Assembly (NCBI GenBank): GCA_035356615.1
Contig: DAOQSN010000007.1
Location: forward strand, 56,192 to 120,191
Length of the DNA: 64,000 nt
Source: Phycisphaerae bacterium
GTDB lineage: Bacteria; Planctomycetota; Phycisphaerae; UBA1845
Direction: 5' to 3'
The notes under the pieces: model-generated
The model's database searches: none
Seen by the model: only the letters and a program-made list of their open reading frames with translations
What the model was told of the DNA's origin: nothing
In this document: positions 1-9,599 of the stretch, piece after piece
How the letters are laid out: the number at the start of each line of letters is the position of its first letter
Numbering within the stretch: the first letter of the stretch is position 1
Translations under genes and position numbers: made by a program

Positions 1-1700
1 CATACATATTCCGGCCGCTCGGCGGTCGCCGTGGTGTACTCCGTGTCGATCTGATCCGCCCCACCCACGACGGCTGCCGGCAGTTCCACCTTGTACTGCG
101 TCCCAGCGGTTAGCGCGAGCGTGACGATCAGGTCCGTAAGGTCCACGTTGCCGGTGTTCTCGACGCGGATCTTCAGACGGGCATCCTCACCGGCGGCGAG
201 CTGCGCCCGGCCGACGAAATCCACACCGGCCGCGACGCGCCCGGGCTCAATCCGGAACGCGTCGTCGAGGCGCCGCGCGCCATCCGGCGCCGTGAAGATC
301 ACGTCACAGGCGCCCACTCCCCGCCCGGTCAAATCGAAGCGCGCCTGCAACACGCCCGCTTCGAGGGTCACGTCGTACCCACTAATCGCCTCCCCGCCCG
401 CCGACACGAGGGCCACTTGCGTTCCCGTCACGAAGCTACCCAGGAACCGCACGGTCACCTCGCCGTCGTTCCCGCCCCGGTCCGGGACCACCTCACCCAA
501 GTGCGTACTCAGCTCCAGGTTGACCGCCAGAGCACCCGACGAGCCGGCCGCAATGTAGATCTTGCGGCCGTCCGGTGTGATGATCATCTCGTGGTTGTTG
601 TAGGAGCCCAGACCGAACCAGCCCGTGGCCTCCGGCAGGTCGATCCCCGTCAGACCGTTGCGGGGATCATCGTCCAGGTCAATGAACTGGTAATCCACGC
701 CGCTGGCGACCACGATGCCCTCGCCGCCGTAAGTTGCCTGCTCGGGATCGTTGTAGGACCGGGCGAAGCCCTCATAGAAGAGAAACGCACCGGTCGGAGT
801 GCGGACGAACATCTCCGGACTGAAGGCGCTGTACGCGTCGAAGGGCAGTGACCGCACCGTGCGCTGCGTCACCGTATCCCAGACGTTGCCGCGGGAGTCG
901 AAGAGCAAGCTCCCGTCGCCCGACAGCTCCACACGGGTTGCGCCCGGCTCAAACACCGCGGCGGGCATCTCGAAGACGGTGAAGGTCAGCCCGGCCGACG
1001 TCGGCCCGGCGCCGATGCCCGCCACCACCTGCAAGCCCGCGATGGACGGCCAGAACTCAATCTCCTCGCCGACCACGTACAGACGATCGCCGTCCGGACT
1101 GACGGTGATCCGGCGGGCACGCAGGAAGTCGGCCTCCCAGGTCGGGTGGGCCGGCAGCAACCCGTCCACGTCGCTTGTCTCCGGCAGCGTGTCTATCCAC
1201 TCCACGCCGGCGGCCGTCACGCGGAGGACGAAGATGTCCCATTCGGACGCCACGTAGATGTACTGTCCGTCCGGCGTCACCACCATCGGGCCCCGATACC
1301 ACGCCCAAGGCGCCTCGAGCGTGGCGACCGGCGCATAAGTACGCGGGTCCAGTTCGTAGAAGGCGTAGTCCGTGTTGACGAAAAGCCGGCCGTCGGAGCT
1401 GAAAGCGATCCCCCCGATGAAGCCATCGTCCGGCAGTTCGATGGTGGCCGCCAGCGTGTCGGTCGCCACGTCAATCACCGCAATCCGCCGGTACGCGTCA
1501 CCGAGCAATACCCGGGCGCCATCGGGAGACACCGCGAGGGTGTCCCACTCCCCATCGGCGGGCACCGGCAGATAGGCGACGGTACTGCCCGCCAGCGGGT
1601 GCTGCGCCGCGGACGCCCCCACGGTGCAGCAGCCGCCATACAGGAACGCTACCGCAAGAAGAACGCCCCGCCCGGAAGGCAATACACACCGGAGCGGCAT
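1..1700 (-). CDS. secreted beta-propeller repeat protein with Ig/CARDB-like C-terminal region (3' end runs off the window)
   Basis: Absent from the ORF track because there is no stop in the window. The reverse frame is open from ATG (1700-1698) to the window edge. The N-terminus MPLRCVLPSGRGVLLAVAFLYGGCCTVGASA looks like a signal or lipoprotein peptide. Recurrent SPDG/TPDG...YV blade-like motifs are present and GC3 is high. Confidence 0.6.
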   Translation of the reverse strand, partial: MPLRCVLPSGRGVLLAVAFLYGGCCTVGASAAQHPLAGSTVAYLPVPADGEWDTLAVSPDGARVLLGDAYRRIAVIDVATDTLAATIELPDDGFIGGIAFSSDGRLFVNTDYAFYELDPRTYAPVATLEAPWAWYRGPMVVTPDGQYIYVASEWDIFVLRVTAAGVEWIDTLPETSDVDGLLPAHPTWEADFLRARRITVSPDGDRLYVVGEEIEFWPSIAGLQVVAGIGAGPTSAGLTFTVFEMPAAVFEPGATRVELSGDGSLLFDSRGNVWDTVTQRTVRSLPFDAYSAFSPEMFVRTPTGAFLFYEGFARSYNDPEQATYGGEGIVVASGVDYQFIDLDDDPRNGLTGIDLPEATGWFGLGSYNNHEMIITPDGRKIYIAAGSSGALAVNLELSTHLGEVVPDRGGNDGEVTVRFLGSFVTGTQVALVSAGGEAISGYDVTLEAGVLQARFDLTGRGVGACDVIFTAPDGARRLDDAFRIEPGRVAAGVDFVGRAQLAAGEDARLKIRVENTGNVDLTDLIVTLALTAGTQYKVELPAAVVGGADQIDTEYTTATAERPEYV

Positions 1701-1815
1701 GGTCGAATCTCCCTGAACGTACTCTGACGCGTCCCCACGCCCTCACCCTGAGGAACAGAGGGAGGATCGCATCGGCCAAGCCCACCATCCCCCCCCGGCC
1801 CGGAGTACAGGCACC

Positions 1816-3705
1816 TCAGCCGCCCGCCGCCCTGGATCGGGTCGCGAACGGGATGCGCAGCGTGTACGCCCCGTCCTCCATTTCGGTATCGATCGGGAAC
1901 CCGGTGCTCTGGAACACGCGCAGCATACCGATGTTCTCCGCCAGCACGTCGGCCGTGAACCCGGCGATGCCGTTCTCCTGGGCTGCTTCCACCAGGACCC
2001 GGATCATATGCTTCCCGATGCCTTTGCCCTGCCAGTCGTCGCGGACCAGGAAGGCCGCGTCCGCGTAGTTCGTACGCGGGTTGTTGCGGTAGTGCGCGAT
2101 GCCGATGATGTCGGCGTCCTCGTCCGCGGACACCAGCGCCACCAGCGCCATGTCCGATTCGTAGTCGACGCGGAGAAACTCCTGAAGCTGCTCATGCGGC
2201 ATCGCCTTGACGTACCGGAAGAACCGGAAATGAACCGATTCCGTCGACAGCCGGTAGAACATGTCGCGCAGCCGCCCCTCGTCCGTCAGCTTCAGCGGCC
2301 GCAGGAACACCCGCGACTCATCCTTCAGGTCGACCCACTGCTCCAGCCTCTCCGGGTAGAGCGGCGTCCGCACGGGCAGTTCGATCTGGTCCGCGTAGAC
2401 CAGATGACGCCCTTTCGCCTCGGCCAGCAGCCACGGCCGAAACTTCGGGTGGGCAATGTGGATCAGCGCCAGCGCCCGCTCCCGAATGCTCTTGCCATGC
2501 AGATAGGCCGCGCCGTATTCCGTCACGATGTAATGCACGTCCCCCCGACTGGTGACCACGCCCGCCCCCTGCTTCAGGTAGGGCACGATGCGTGAGAACA
2601 CCTCGCCCTCGGCCGTGGAGGGCAGCGCAATGATCGGCTTGCCCCCCTTGGACCGGGCAGCCCCCCGTGTGAAGTCCACCTGCCCGCCGATGCCGCTGTA
2701 GAACATCGGACCCAGCGAATCCGCGCACACCTGCCCGGTGAGATCAACCTCGATCGCCGAGTTGATCGAGATCATCTTGTCGTTCTGAGCAATGATGAAC
2801 GGGTCATTCGCATACTCGGTCGGATGGCACTCGATCATCGGGTTATCGTGGGCGAAGTCGTAAAGCTTCCGGGAACCCATCATGAAGCTCATCACGATCT
2901 TACCCGGGTGCAGCGTCTTGGCGGAGTTGTTGATGACCCCTTTCTGGATCAGCGGGATAACCCCGTCGCTGAACATCTCCGTGTGAATGCCCAGGTTCTT
3001 GAAACCACCCAAGTAGTGCAGCACGGCGTCGGGGATCGTGCCGATGCCAAGCTGGAGCGTGGCCCCGTCCTCGATGAGCCCGGCGATATGTCGGCCGATC
3101 CGCTCCGCAATCTCGTCCGGTGCGCCCTGCGGCGCCTCCAGGACGGGCCGGTCGCTCTCGACCAGAAGGTCAATGTCATCCACGTGTATGAAGCAGTCGC
3201 CAAGGACGCGGGGAAGCTGCCGGTTGACCTCCGCCACCAGGTACCGCGCCGACTCCGCCGCCGGCTTCACGATATCACACGACACGCTGTAGCTGCAGAA
3301 ACCGTGCTCATCCGGCGGGCTGACCCCGATGAACGCCACGTCGATCACCACCCGCCGGGTACGGAAAAGACGAGGAATTTCCGACAGGAAGATCGGCGTG
3401 TAGTCCGCCCGCCCCTCCGCCACGGCCGAACGCACGTTCGGACCGATAAAGTACGCATTGTGCCGGAAACGACCCCCGAGCCGGGGTTCAGCATAAGCGG
3501 CCACGCCGAGCGTGAGGATGTGCACGATCTCCGTGTCGCTCAGATCCTCCCGCCCGGACAGCGCCTCGACCAGCGTCTGGGGCTCACCGGCGCCGGAGCC
3601 GATGAACACCCGCTGTCCGTGCTTCACGCAGGCGACCGCCTCACGGGGGGACACAAGCTTGGCGGCGTACCGCTCCTGCCACGGTCTCGCGGTCTTCGAG
3701 TTCAT
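1816..3705 (-). CDS. acetyl-CoA hydrolase/transferase (4-hydroxybutyrate CoA-transferase-like) fused to a C-terminal GNAT acetyltransferase domain
   Basis: GSGAGEPQTLVEAL and a CoA-transferase-like core. The C-terminus carries a GNAT signature, WQGKGIGKHMIRVLVEAAQENG. ATG at 3705 (MNSKTARPWQERY) is preferred; the track start at 3771 is an alternative. Confidence 0.85.
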   Translation of the reverse strand: MNSKTARPWQERYAAKLVSPREAVACVKHGQRVFIGSGAGEPQTLVEALSGREDLSDTEIVHILTLGVAAYAEPRLGGRFRHNAYFIGPNVRSAVAEGRADYTPIFLSEIPRLFRTRRVVIDVAFIGVSPPDEHGFCSYSVSCDIVKPAAESARYLVAEVNRQLPRVLGDCFIHVDDIDLLVESDRPVLEAPQGAPDEIAERIGRHIAGLIEDGATLQLGIGTIPDAVLHYLGGFKNLGIHTEMFSDGVIPLIQKGVINNSAKTLHPGKIVMSFMMGSRKLYDFAHDNPMIECHPTEYANDPFIIAQNDKMISINSAIEVDLTGQVCADSLGPMFYSGIGGQVDFTRGAARSKGGKPIIALPSTAEGEVFSRIVPYLKQGAGVVTSRGDVHYIVTEYGAAYLHGKSIRERALALIHIAHPKFRPWLLAEAKGRHLVYADQIELPVRTPLYPERLEQWVDLKDESRVFLRPLKLTDEGRLRDMFYRLSTESVHFRFFRYVKAMPHEQLQEFLRVDYESDMALVALVSADEDADIIGIAHYRNNPRTNYADAAFLVRDDWQGKGIGKHMIRVLVEAAQENGIAGFTADVLAENIGMLRVFQSTGFPIDTEMEDGAYTLRIPFATRSRAAGG

Positions 3706-4232
3706 GAATCCGGTTCCCTGAGACTGAGGCCACCACCAAGGTGCGGACCGGGTGACTCCCGGAAGGCCCACCGGTAGACGCCCGCCGAAGGCCGCTTGCT
3801 TCCGGTCCGGCGGCCCAATGGATCGACTGACCTAACGCCTGGCCCTCCGGCCACAACCGCGAGGCCCGCGCGTCAGGCATAGCCCCACGCCGAGCCCCCG
3901 GCAAAGGGAGCAATCGGCGTGCCGTACCCCTCCTTCGCCATATTTAACCCGCCCTCACCTGCCGACGTTTAGTTGGCGAGAAGGGCGCATACGCACCACG
4001 TCCGACAGGAACCTCATCGCCAGTAGCGCCCTGCCCCGTTCACGCAAGTATGCGTATGCACCTATCCCGCTGTGGCCGAGGAGGCTCACGGCCAGGGGCG
4101 CAAGCCGAGCACCCGACATCGCCACACTGCCCACCGGGCCTTGCCACCGCACACCGGCAAAGTCCCGCGCGACCGGCACCGCGGGCGGTTTTCATTGAAC
4201 CCCCCGCTACAACGGGTGCCGATCCTAACCCC

Positions 4233-5078
4233 ATGCTGACCAGGAAGCAGCAGGTTCAGAAAACGTGGCGGCGGGTCGCGTTGCGATTGCGCGCCCCGGC
4301 CGGGACTGCCGTGCCTCTCTTCATCCTCGGGGCACAGCGGTCGGGTACCAACATGCTTCTCGACGTGCTGCAGCCTTGCCCCTGGACCGAATGCTACAAC
4401 GAGACCGACGAGGAGGCGTTCGACAACTACGTCCTGCACCCGGCCGACGTCGTGCTGCGCCTCATCCGGCGCTCGCATGCGCGGGTGGTCGTGTTCAAGC
4501 CCATCTGCGACAGCCAGAACGCCCGCACTTTGCTCGACCTGCACCCGCGTGCCCGAGCGGTCTGGATCTACCGTCGCTGGCCGGACGTGGTCAACTCGGC
4601 CTTGCGCAACTTCACCGAGCACAACCGCTACCTGCACTACATGCTACACGAACCGCGGGTGGCGCGCTGGCGGCTACAGAACGTCGATGCCCAGTGCCTG
4701 CAACTGGTTGAACGCTTCTACAAACAGGGCGTTTCCGAGGCCTCCGCCCGGGCGCTCATCTGGTACCTGCGCGTGTACCAGTACTTCCAACAGGACTTGC
4801 CCTCAGACCCCCGGACCATGCTGCTCAGCTACGAACAGACTGTGCAGGAACCCCATGCGCACCTCCCCCGCCTCTTCGCCGCGTGCGGCTTGAGCTACGA
4901 GGAGCGTTTCGCCCGACCGCTGTTCACAACGTCAGTGGGCCGGCACGCCGCGCCGGAAATCGACCCCGAAATCGCCGCGCTCTGCGATGAAATGTACGCC
5001 CGGCTGGAAGCGGCGTGTGCCGCGTCGCACCCTCCAGGTTTGCCCGAAAGGGCTATGTCCTGCGTCGCAGTCCGTTAG
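4233..5078 (+). CDS. sulfotransferase family protein
   Basis: PAPS-binding loop-like motif LFILGAQRSGTNML near the N-terminus. ATG at 4233 (MLTRKQQ). The upstream part of the track ORF is Arg/Pro-rich junk. Confidence 0.65.
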   Translation: MLTRKQQVQKTWRRVALRLRAPAGTAVPLFILGAQRSGTNMLLDVLQPCPWTECYNETDEEAFDNYVLHPADVVLRLIRRSHARVVVFKPICDSQNARTLLDLHPRARAVWIYRRWPDVVNSALRNFTEHNRYLHYMLHEPRVARWRLQNVDAQCLQLVERFYKQGVSEASARALIWYLRVYQYFQQDLPSDPRTMLLSYEQTVQEPHAHLPRLFAACGLSYEERFARPLFTTSVGRHAAPEIDPEIAALCDEMYARLEAACAASHPPGLPERAMSCVAVR

Positions 5079-5157
5079 CTCAACCCTGGAGCCCCACCGA
5101 AAGCGAGCGGGCCCCGTGCACGTTCCCGGACGACGTGGAGACGTGCGTGCGACGGGT

Positions 5158-5550
5158 TCACGCCTCGCCGAGGGCCTCGGCCGCCCGATCCACGTCGGTC
5201 ACGCTGAGCACCAGGATGCCGGCCGCTTCCTCGCTGCTGCTGCCGTACACGTAGTTGATGTTGACGCCGGCCTTCGCCAACGTCCCCGTAATCTGCGCCA
5301 GGACACCGGGCCGCGGGGGCGGCTCCAAGACCAACACATGCTGGCTGAGGAAGTGGTAGGCGTCGTGCTCCAGGGCGGTCTTGGCCGCGGCGATCGGCTT
5401 GACGACCAACCGGACCCAGCCGCACTCGCCGTTGTCCGACAGCGCAATCGCCTCGATGTTGACCTTCGCCTTCTTGAGACTCGTGCAGAGTCTGGCCAGC
5501 GCTCCCGGCTTGTTGTCGAGACTCACACAGAACTGCGTTGTCTTCGGCAT
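5158..5550 (-). CDS. tandem ACT-domain protein
   Basis: Two ACT-like units (DNKPGALARLCTSLKKAKVNIEAI and PPRPGVLAQITGTLAKAGVNINYV). GGGAG lies 9 nt upstream of the ATG at 5550. Confidence 0.75.
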   Translation of the reverse strand: MPKTTQFCVSLDNKPGALARLCTSLKKAKVNIEAIALSDNGECGWVRLVVKPIAAAKTALEHDAYHFLSQHVLVLEPPPRPGVLAQITGTLAKAGVNINYVYGSSSEEAAGILVLSVTDVDRAAEALGEA

Positions 5551-5611
5551 GGCACAACTCCCGTCACGTGCTGAAGTCTCCCCACGGCCCACTCCCGCAT
5601 CTCAAGCGGAC

Positions 5612-5757
5612 CCGGTACCAGGGCGACCAGCAGGGTGGCACGCCCAAGCCGAAGGCGCCGGCATGCTGCAGAAGACGGCCTTTCGCTCGCAGCGGAGCAT
5701 GGCGGCGCTACGCTTGGCCATGCCACCCGCTTCCGGCTGGTGCTTTCCCTATTGCGT
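5612..5757 (-). repeat. family-A ~150-nt quasi-palindromic intergenic element, copy 1 (inverted relative to the other copies)
   Basis: The core at 5634-5727 is the reverse complement of GGTGGCATGGCCAAGCGTAGCGCCGCCATGC...GCATGCCGGCGCCTTCGGCTTGGGCGTGCCACC. Confidence 0.85.
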
Positions 5758-5799
5758 AGAGCGATTCAGTGACACCCTTAAGCATTGGGGGCGCCACCG

Positions 5800-6267
5800 C
5801 TACGCCGGGACCCAGGCCAGGTCGAGAATCGTATGCGTCGGCCGCTTCGCATTGAACACGGCCTTGATCTTCATGCCGAACTTGGGCTTGCCTTCCTTCA
5901 GCCAACTCATCAGCTTGGTACAGACACCGTCGATTTCCACGCTGATCAGCGGCGTACCGGGCGGCAGCTTGAACAGCTCGCCCGGGTACGTCACTACCGA
6001 ATGCGTGTAGATGGTGCCCACCTGGGGTGCCTCGACCCACTCCATCGCATGCCAGCAATCGGGGCAGTCCGCCCGCGGCGGCAGCCACAGCCGCTTCTCC
6101 TTGCACTTGGGATTCGTGCAGCGCGCGGCCAGCAACTTCTGCTGCTGCAAGCCTTGGAAGAACTTGCCCCAGCCGCCGTAGCTGTGGATGTGGTACCAGG
6201 TCTTGGGGTTCTTCACCACCAGTGGTTCTTCGCTGAAAACTTCGAGTGCCGTTGTTGGCCAATCCAT
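5800..6267 (-). CDS. Zn-ribbon/OB-fold DUF35 protein (thiolase-associated)
   Basis: CTNPKCKEKRLWLPPRADCPDCWH zinc ribbon followed by an OB-like segment (GTIYTHSVV). AGGAAG Shine-Dalgarno upstream of the ATG at 6267. Confidence 0.85.
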   Translation of the reverse strand: MDWPTTALEVFSEEPLVVKNPKTWYHIHSYGGWGKFFQGLQQQKLLAARCTNPKCKEKRLWLPPRADCPDCWHAMEWVEAPQVGTIYTHSVVTYPGELFKLPPGTPLISVEIDGVCTKLMSWLKEGKPKFGMKIKAVFNAKRPTHTILDLAWVPA

Positions 6268-6345
6268 CGTATATCTTCCTTTCGGTCTGAAATCTTCCAG
6301 CTCATCCGGCCAGGACTGCGGTTCGTCACCGTCGCAGAACCGGGC

Positions 6346-7275
6346 TCAAGGTTTGGGTCGCGGGTTCCTTCGTTCCTTCGCCGGCGCTGCAGACGGCGCC
6401 GGCACCGATGCGTCTACCTGGGCGGCAATCTCGACCGGCGCTACCACGCGGAAGCCGCCGATCTCAGGCGGATACGGGGGCTGGGTCCAGGCGCGGTTGG
6501 CGCTGCGGCACGCCTTGGCCGAGCTGTTAAACGATCCGCCGCGCAGCGCCCGTTTCACGCCGGTTGGCGCACCGGTGGGGTCGGTCTGGTCCCCCGCCGG
6601 ATACGGTCCATCCCAGTCCTGGCACCACTCATAAGCATTGCCGTACATGTCGCACAGCCCCCAGGCGTTGGCCCGCTTCTCGCCCACGGGATGGGTCGTC
6701 TTGTCCGAGTTCTTGGCATACCAGGCGTACCTGCCCATGTCGCCCTCATCATCGCCGAAACAGAACGCCGTAGTGCTCCCCGCCCGGCAGGCGTACTCCC
6801 ATTGTGCTTCCGTGGGCAGACCGAAATGAGAGCCGCGGTACTTGGCGGAGAGGGCATCCAGGAACTTCTGGCAATCCTCCCACTTGACGTCCTCCACGGG
6901 CCGTCGCGGACCCACAAACTTCGTGGGATTAGTGAGGTTGAGGGCGGTCCATTGTTCCTGCGTCACCTCATACTTGCCCATGTAGAACGGCTGCGAGATA
7001 TTCACTTTATGGACGGGCTTCTCGTCGCTGTCGAAGCCTTCCGATCCCATCATGAAGCTGCCCGCCGGAATCAACACCAAGTCCAGACCCACCTGATCGT
7101 TCAGCTTGACGGTCAGTTGGGGTGGAAGCTGTGGGCCAGGCTGCTGCCCCAACGCGGGAAGCAACGCAGAGACCACAGGAGGCTCGACGGCCTGCAGCGG
7201 GCCCGGCAGGCACCAGAAGCACGTACCGACCGTCACTACCGCAGCTACCCACAGCGTGCCTCGGGCGCGTACCAT
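6346..7275 (-). CDS. formylglycine-generating enzyme (SUMF1/FGE) family protein, membrane or signal anchored
   Basis: FGE-sulfatase motifs (GKYEVTQEQW, LPTEAQWEYACRAGS, YGNAYEWCQDW, RGGSF). GGAGGTGGAG upstream of the ATG at 7275. N-terminal hydrophobic anchor LWVAAVVTVGTCFWCL. Confidence 0.85.
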   Translation of the reverse strand: MVRARGTLWVAAVVTVGTCFWCLPGPLQAVEPPVVSALLPALGQQPGPQLPPQLTVKLNDQVGLDLVLIPAGSFMMGSEGFDSDEKPVHKVNISQPFYMGKYEVTQEQWTALNLTNPTKFVGPRRPVEDVKWEDCQKFLDALSAKYRGSHFGLPTEAQWEYACRAGSTTAFCFGDDEGDMGRYAWYAKNSDKTTHPVGEKRANAWGLCDMYGNAYEWCQDWDGPYPAGDQTDPTGAPTGVKRALRGGSFNSSAKACRSANRAWTQPPYPPEIGGFRVVAPVEIAAQVDASVPAPSAAPAKERRNPRPKP

Positions 7276-7298
7276 GACTCCACCTCCTTCGCAGAAGC

Positions 7299-8669
7299 CT
7301 ACGGCTTCTCCAGAATCGCGCAGGTCACGTGGCTGCCGGTGCCGGCGTGGCTGATGGCGCAGCCGCGCTTGGGGTTCTTCGCCTGCAGGCTCTTCCAGTC
7401 GGCCGGCTTCTGCTTGCCGTAGCGCGTCCACATCTTCGGGTCGCCGTGGAACTTGTCGTACTTGCCCTGGAGCTGCCAGAGCAACTCCACCATCTGGAAG
7501 ATGCCGGTGGCGCCGACGGCGTGCATGGTGCCGATGAGACCGCCGGAAAGATTCGTCGGCAGCTTGCCCTCGAAATAGGCCTCGCCGGAGTCGATGAACT
7601 CGCGCCCGCGGCCATACGGTCGCAGGCCGATGTCCTCATACGTCTGCACGTCGCTGATGGTGAACGCATCGTGCGTCTCCAGCAGGTCGAGGTCCTCCAC
7701 CGGGTCCTTGATGCCGGCCATGTGGTACGCCAGGTAGGCGGCCATCCGCGCCGCCAGGAATGAGCTGAACCCCGGCCAGTCCTGCCGATGCTTGCCAAAG
7801 TAATCCTTGTACGTTGCCTCGGTCTCATTGGGCAACAGCAGGATGGGCATGTGTCGGCGGTCGGCGGTGCGCAGCGTGTGCGAGCCGCCGCAAATGGCCT
7901 TCAGTTGGACCGGCTTGTCGGTGAGCTTGTGGGCCGTCTCCTCATCCGCCACGATCAGCACGGCCGCCCCCACGCTCATCACGCAACATTCCAGGAACGT
8001 CAGCGGGTGGGCGACGATCTCATTCTTGAGCACGTCCTCGACAGTGTACTTTCCCGGATTCTGCGAGAACGGCGAGTAGTACGCGTACAGGCGGTTCTTG
8101 ACCGCGATGCGCGCCAGCGTCTCGTGCGGGACGTTGTTCTCATACTGGTAGCGTTGGGCCATCAGGGCGTAGTACGCGGCATACATCCAGCCCAATTCGC
8201 TCTCAAAGTCCTTGCACGCGGCCGAGGCGATGTAGCTGTTGCCCACCTTCGTGGTCACCTCGTCCATCCGCTCCCAGCCAACCACCGGGACACAGTCCGC
8301 ATACCCAGAGGCCACCGCCTGGGCAGCCGCCAGGACCGCGGAGCCGCCTGTCGCTCCACCGGTCTTGACCTCGATGTTGCCCAGCGGGTCGAAGCCGAGG
8401 TAGTCGTGAATCTTGGCGGCCGCCAGAAGCTGGTCGCCGAAGTGGTCGGCGAACTGCGAGTAAACCACCCAGTTTACCATCCGCCGGAACTGCTCGGGAT
8501 CGACCTTCAGGTCGTTCTCCTCGACCGCCATCCGGAGGGCCTCCGTGCAGAGCTGCGAGGTGTTCTTCTCCGGATGCTTCTTGCGGAAGTCGGTCAGCCC
8601 GCCGGCCACCACGTACACGGGCTTCTCAAAGCGTGGGATACGCAGGTTTCCCGGTCCAAACTTGATCAT
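7299..8669 (-). CDS. thiolase-domain protein (SCP-x/nonspecific lipid-transfer thiolase-like)
   Basis: 456 aa with a thiolase-like layout and the usual DUF35 partner nearby. High GC3. Confidence 0.85.
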   Translation of the reverse strand: MIKFGPGNLRIPRFEKPVYVVAGGLTDFRKKHPEKNTSQLCTEALRMAVEENDLKVDPEQFRRMVNWVVYSQFADHFGDQLLAAAKIHDYLGFDPLGNIEVKTGGATGGSAVLAAAQAVASGYADCVPVVGWERMDEVTTKVGNSYIASAACKDFESELGWMYAAYYALMAQRYQYENNVPHETLARIAVKNRLYAYYSPFSQNPGKYTVEDVLKNEIVAHPLTFLECCVMSVGAAVLIVADEETAHKLTDKPVQLKAICGGSHTLRTADRRHMPILLLPNETEATYKDYFGKHRQDWPGFSSFLAARMAAYLAYHMAGIKDPVEDLDLLETHDAFTISDVQTYEDIGLRPYGRGREFIDSGEAYFEGKLPTNLSGGLIGTMHAVGATGIFQMVELLWQLQGKYDKFHGDPKMWTRYGKQKPADWKSLQAKNPKRGCAISHAGTGSHVTCAILEKP

Positions 8670-8987
8670 GAGCCATCACCTTTCTTGCATCGACGACCAC
8701 AACTCAGGATGCAGCGATCCACCGCCCGCCCCTGCGAGCTGATGGCTTGCTGCTGGGCCTGCATCGGGGGACACGACAGTCCTGCTCGTGGGGTCTCTAT
8801 GCGCCCCCGTCGCCCCTCGTTGGACCGCGCCCCCTTCCGCCGCGCGAGCCCGCATCTTAGCGGCCTCGCGTCCCGGAGCAAGCCAGCAGGCTCCCGTGTG
8901 CCGGGCTCCCCTGTAGGGCGGCTTCCACCCGCCTGCGTAGCGGCAAGGGTTCCACCCGCCAACCGGAGCACACTTCGTATTCGCCAG

Positions 8988-9067
8988 GACTGCGGCGGGC
9001 AGAGCACGCCCTACCATGCTGGCGCCCCGCAGCGGCTGGCAGAGGCCGCCCTACCATGCTGGCGCCC
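8988..9067. repeat. two tandem ~40-nt units; the proximal unit contains the last codons and stop of rmlC
   Basis: gccctaccatgctggcgccc occurs at 9008-9027 and 9048-9067. On the minus strand the units read GGGCGCCAGCATGGTAGGGCG..CTCTGCC..CCGC twice. Confidence 0.8.
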
Positions 9068-9599
9068 GACGGTAACTCGCCAAGCTCGGGTTCTGCTGAT
9101 CGCGGGGGCTGACGATCGGGTCGCGCACCGGCCAGGGGAGAGCCAGCTCCGGCTCAGCCCAATGAACGCCCGCCTCCGTCGCGGGATCGTGGTAGGCGCT
9201 GCACTTGTAGATCACGTCCGCCAGGTCGCTCAGCACCGCAAACCCGTGGGCGAACCCCACCGGGATGAAGAGCTGATGGCTATTCTCCTCGCTCAGCTCG
9301 AACGCCTCCCACTTCCCGAACGTCGGCGACTGCGACCGCAGATCGACGGCCACGTCCCAGATCGCTCCCCGCACGCAGTTGATGAGCTTCGCCTGGGCGG
9401 ACGGCGGGCGCTGGTAGTGCAGGCCGCGAACCACCCCACGGACGGATCGACTCCAGTTGTCCTGCACGAACGTGCAGTCTATCCCTTCCTCGGCCAGCCG
9501 GCAGGCCTGGAAGACCTCGCAAAGGTGGCCCCGCGCGTCGCGGTGCAGCACGGGAACCAAGCGCAACAGTCCCGGCAGTTTGGTCGTTTGGACCTCCAT
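9051..9599 (-). CDS. rfbC: dTDP-4-dehydrorhamnose 3,5-epimerase
   Basis: RmlC motifs: RGLHYQ, KLINCVRGAIWDVAVDLR, FIPVGFAHGF. Confidence 0.9.
   Translation of the reverse strand: MEVQTTKLPGLLRLVPVLHRDARGHLCEVFQACRLAEEGIDCTFVQDNWSRSVRGVVRGLHYQRPPSAQAKLINCVRGAIWDVAVDLRSQSPTFGKWEAFELSEENSHQLFIPVGFAHGFAVLSDLADVIYKCSAYHDPATEAGVHWAEPELALPWPVRDPIVSPRDQQNPSLASYRRAPAW

Noticed and set aside
3772-4232. Possible ncRNA or small ORF (3955-4179, minus strand) in the 0.46-kb gap before the sulfotransferase gene.
   Set aside because: The translation is junk-like. I could not identify a conserved RNA motif or a convincing stem-loop architecture.
5785-7422. Very long ORFs antisense to well-supported genes. 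Examples: 5785-7422, 7788-9719, 17201-18970, 22333-23904, 35905-37293, 37305-38732, 42890-44608, 48517-50037, 51717-53894, 53910-55637, 59582-60868.
   Set aside because: Each lies opposite a CDS with clear family motifs. Their translations are Arg/Pro/Gly/His-rich with no motifs. Stop-poor antisense frames are expected in very GC-rich DNA.
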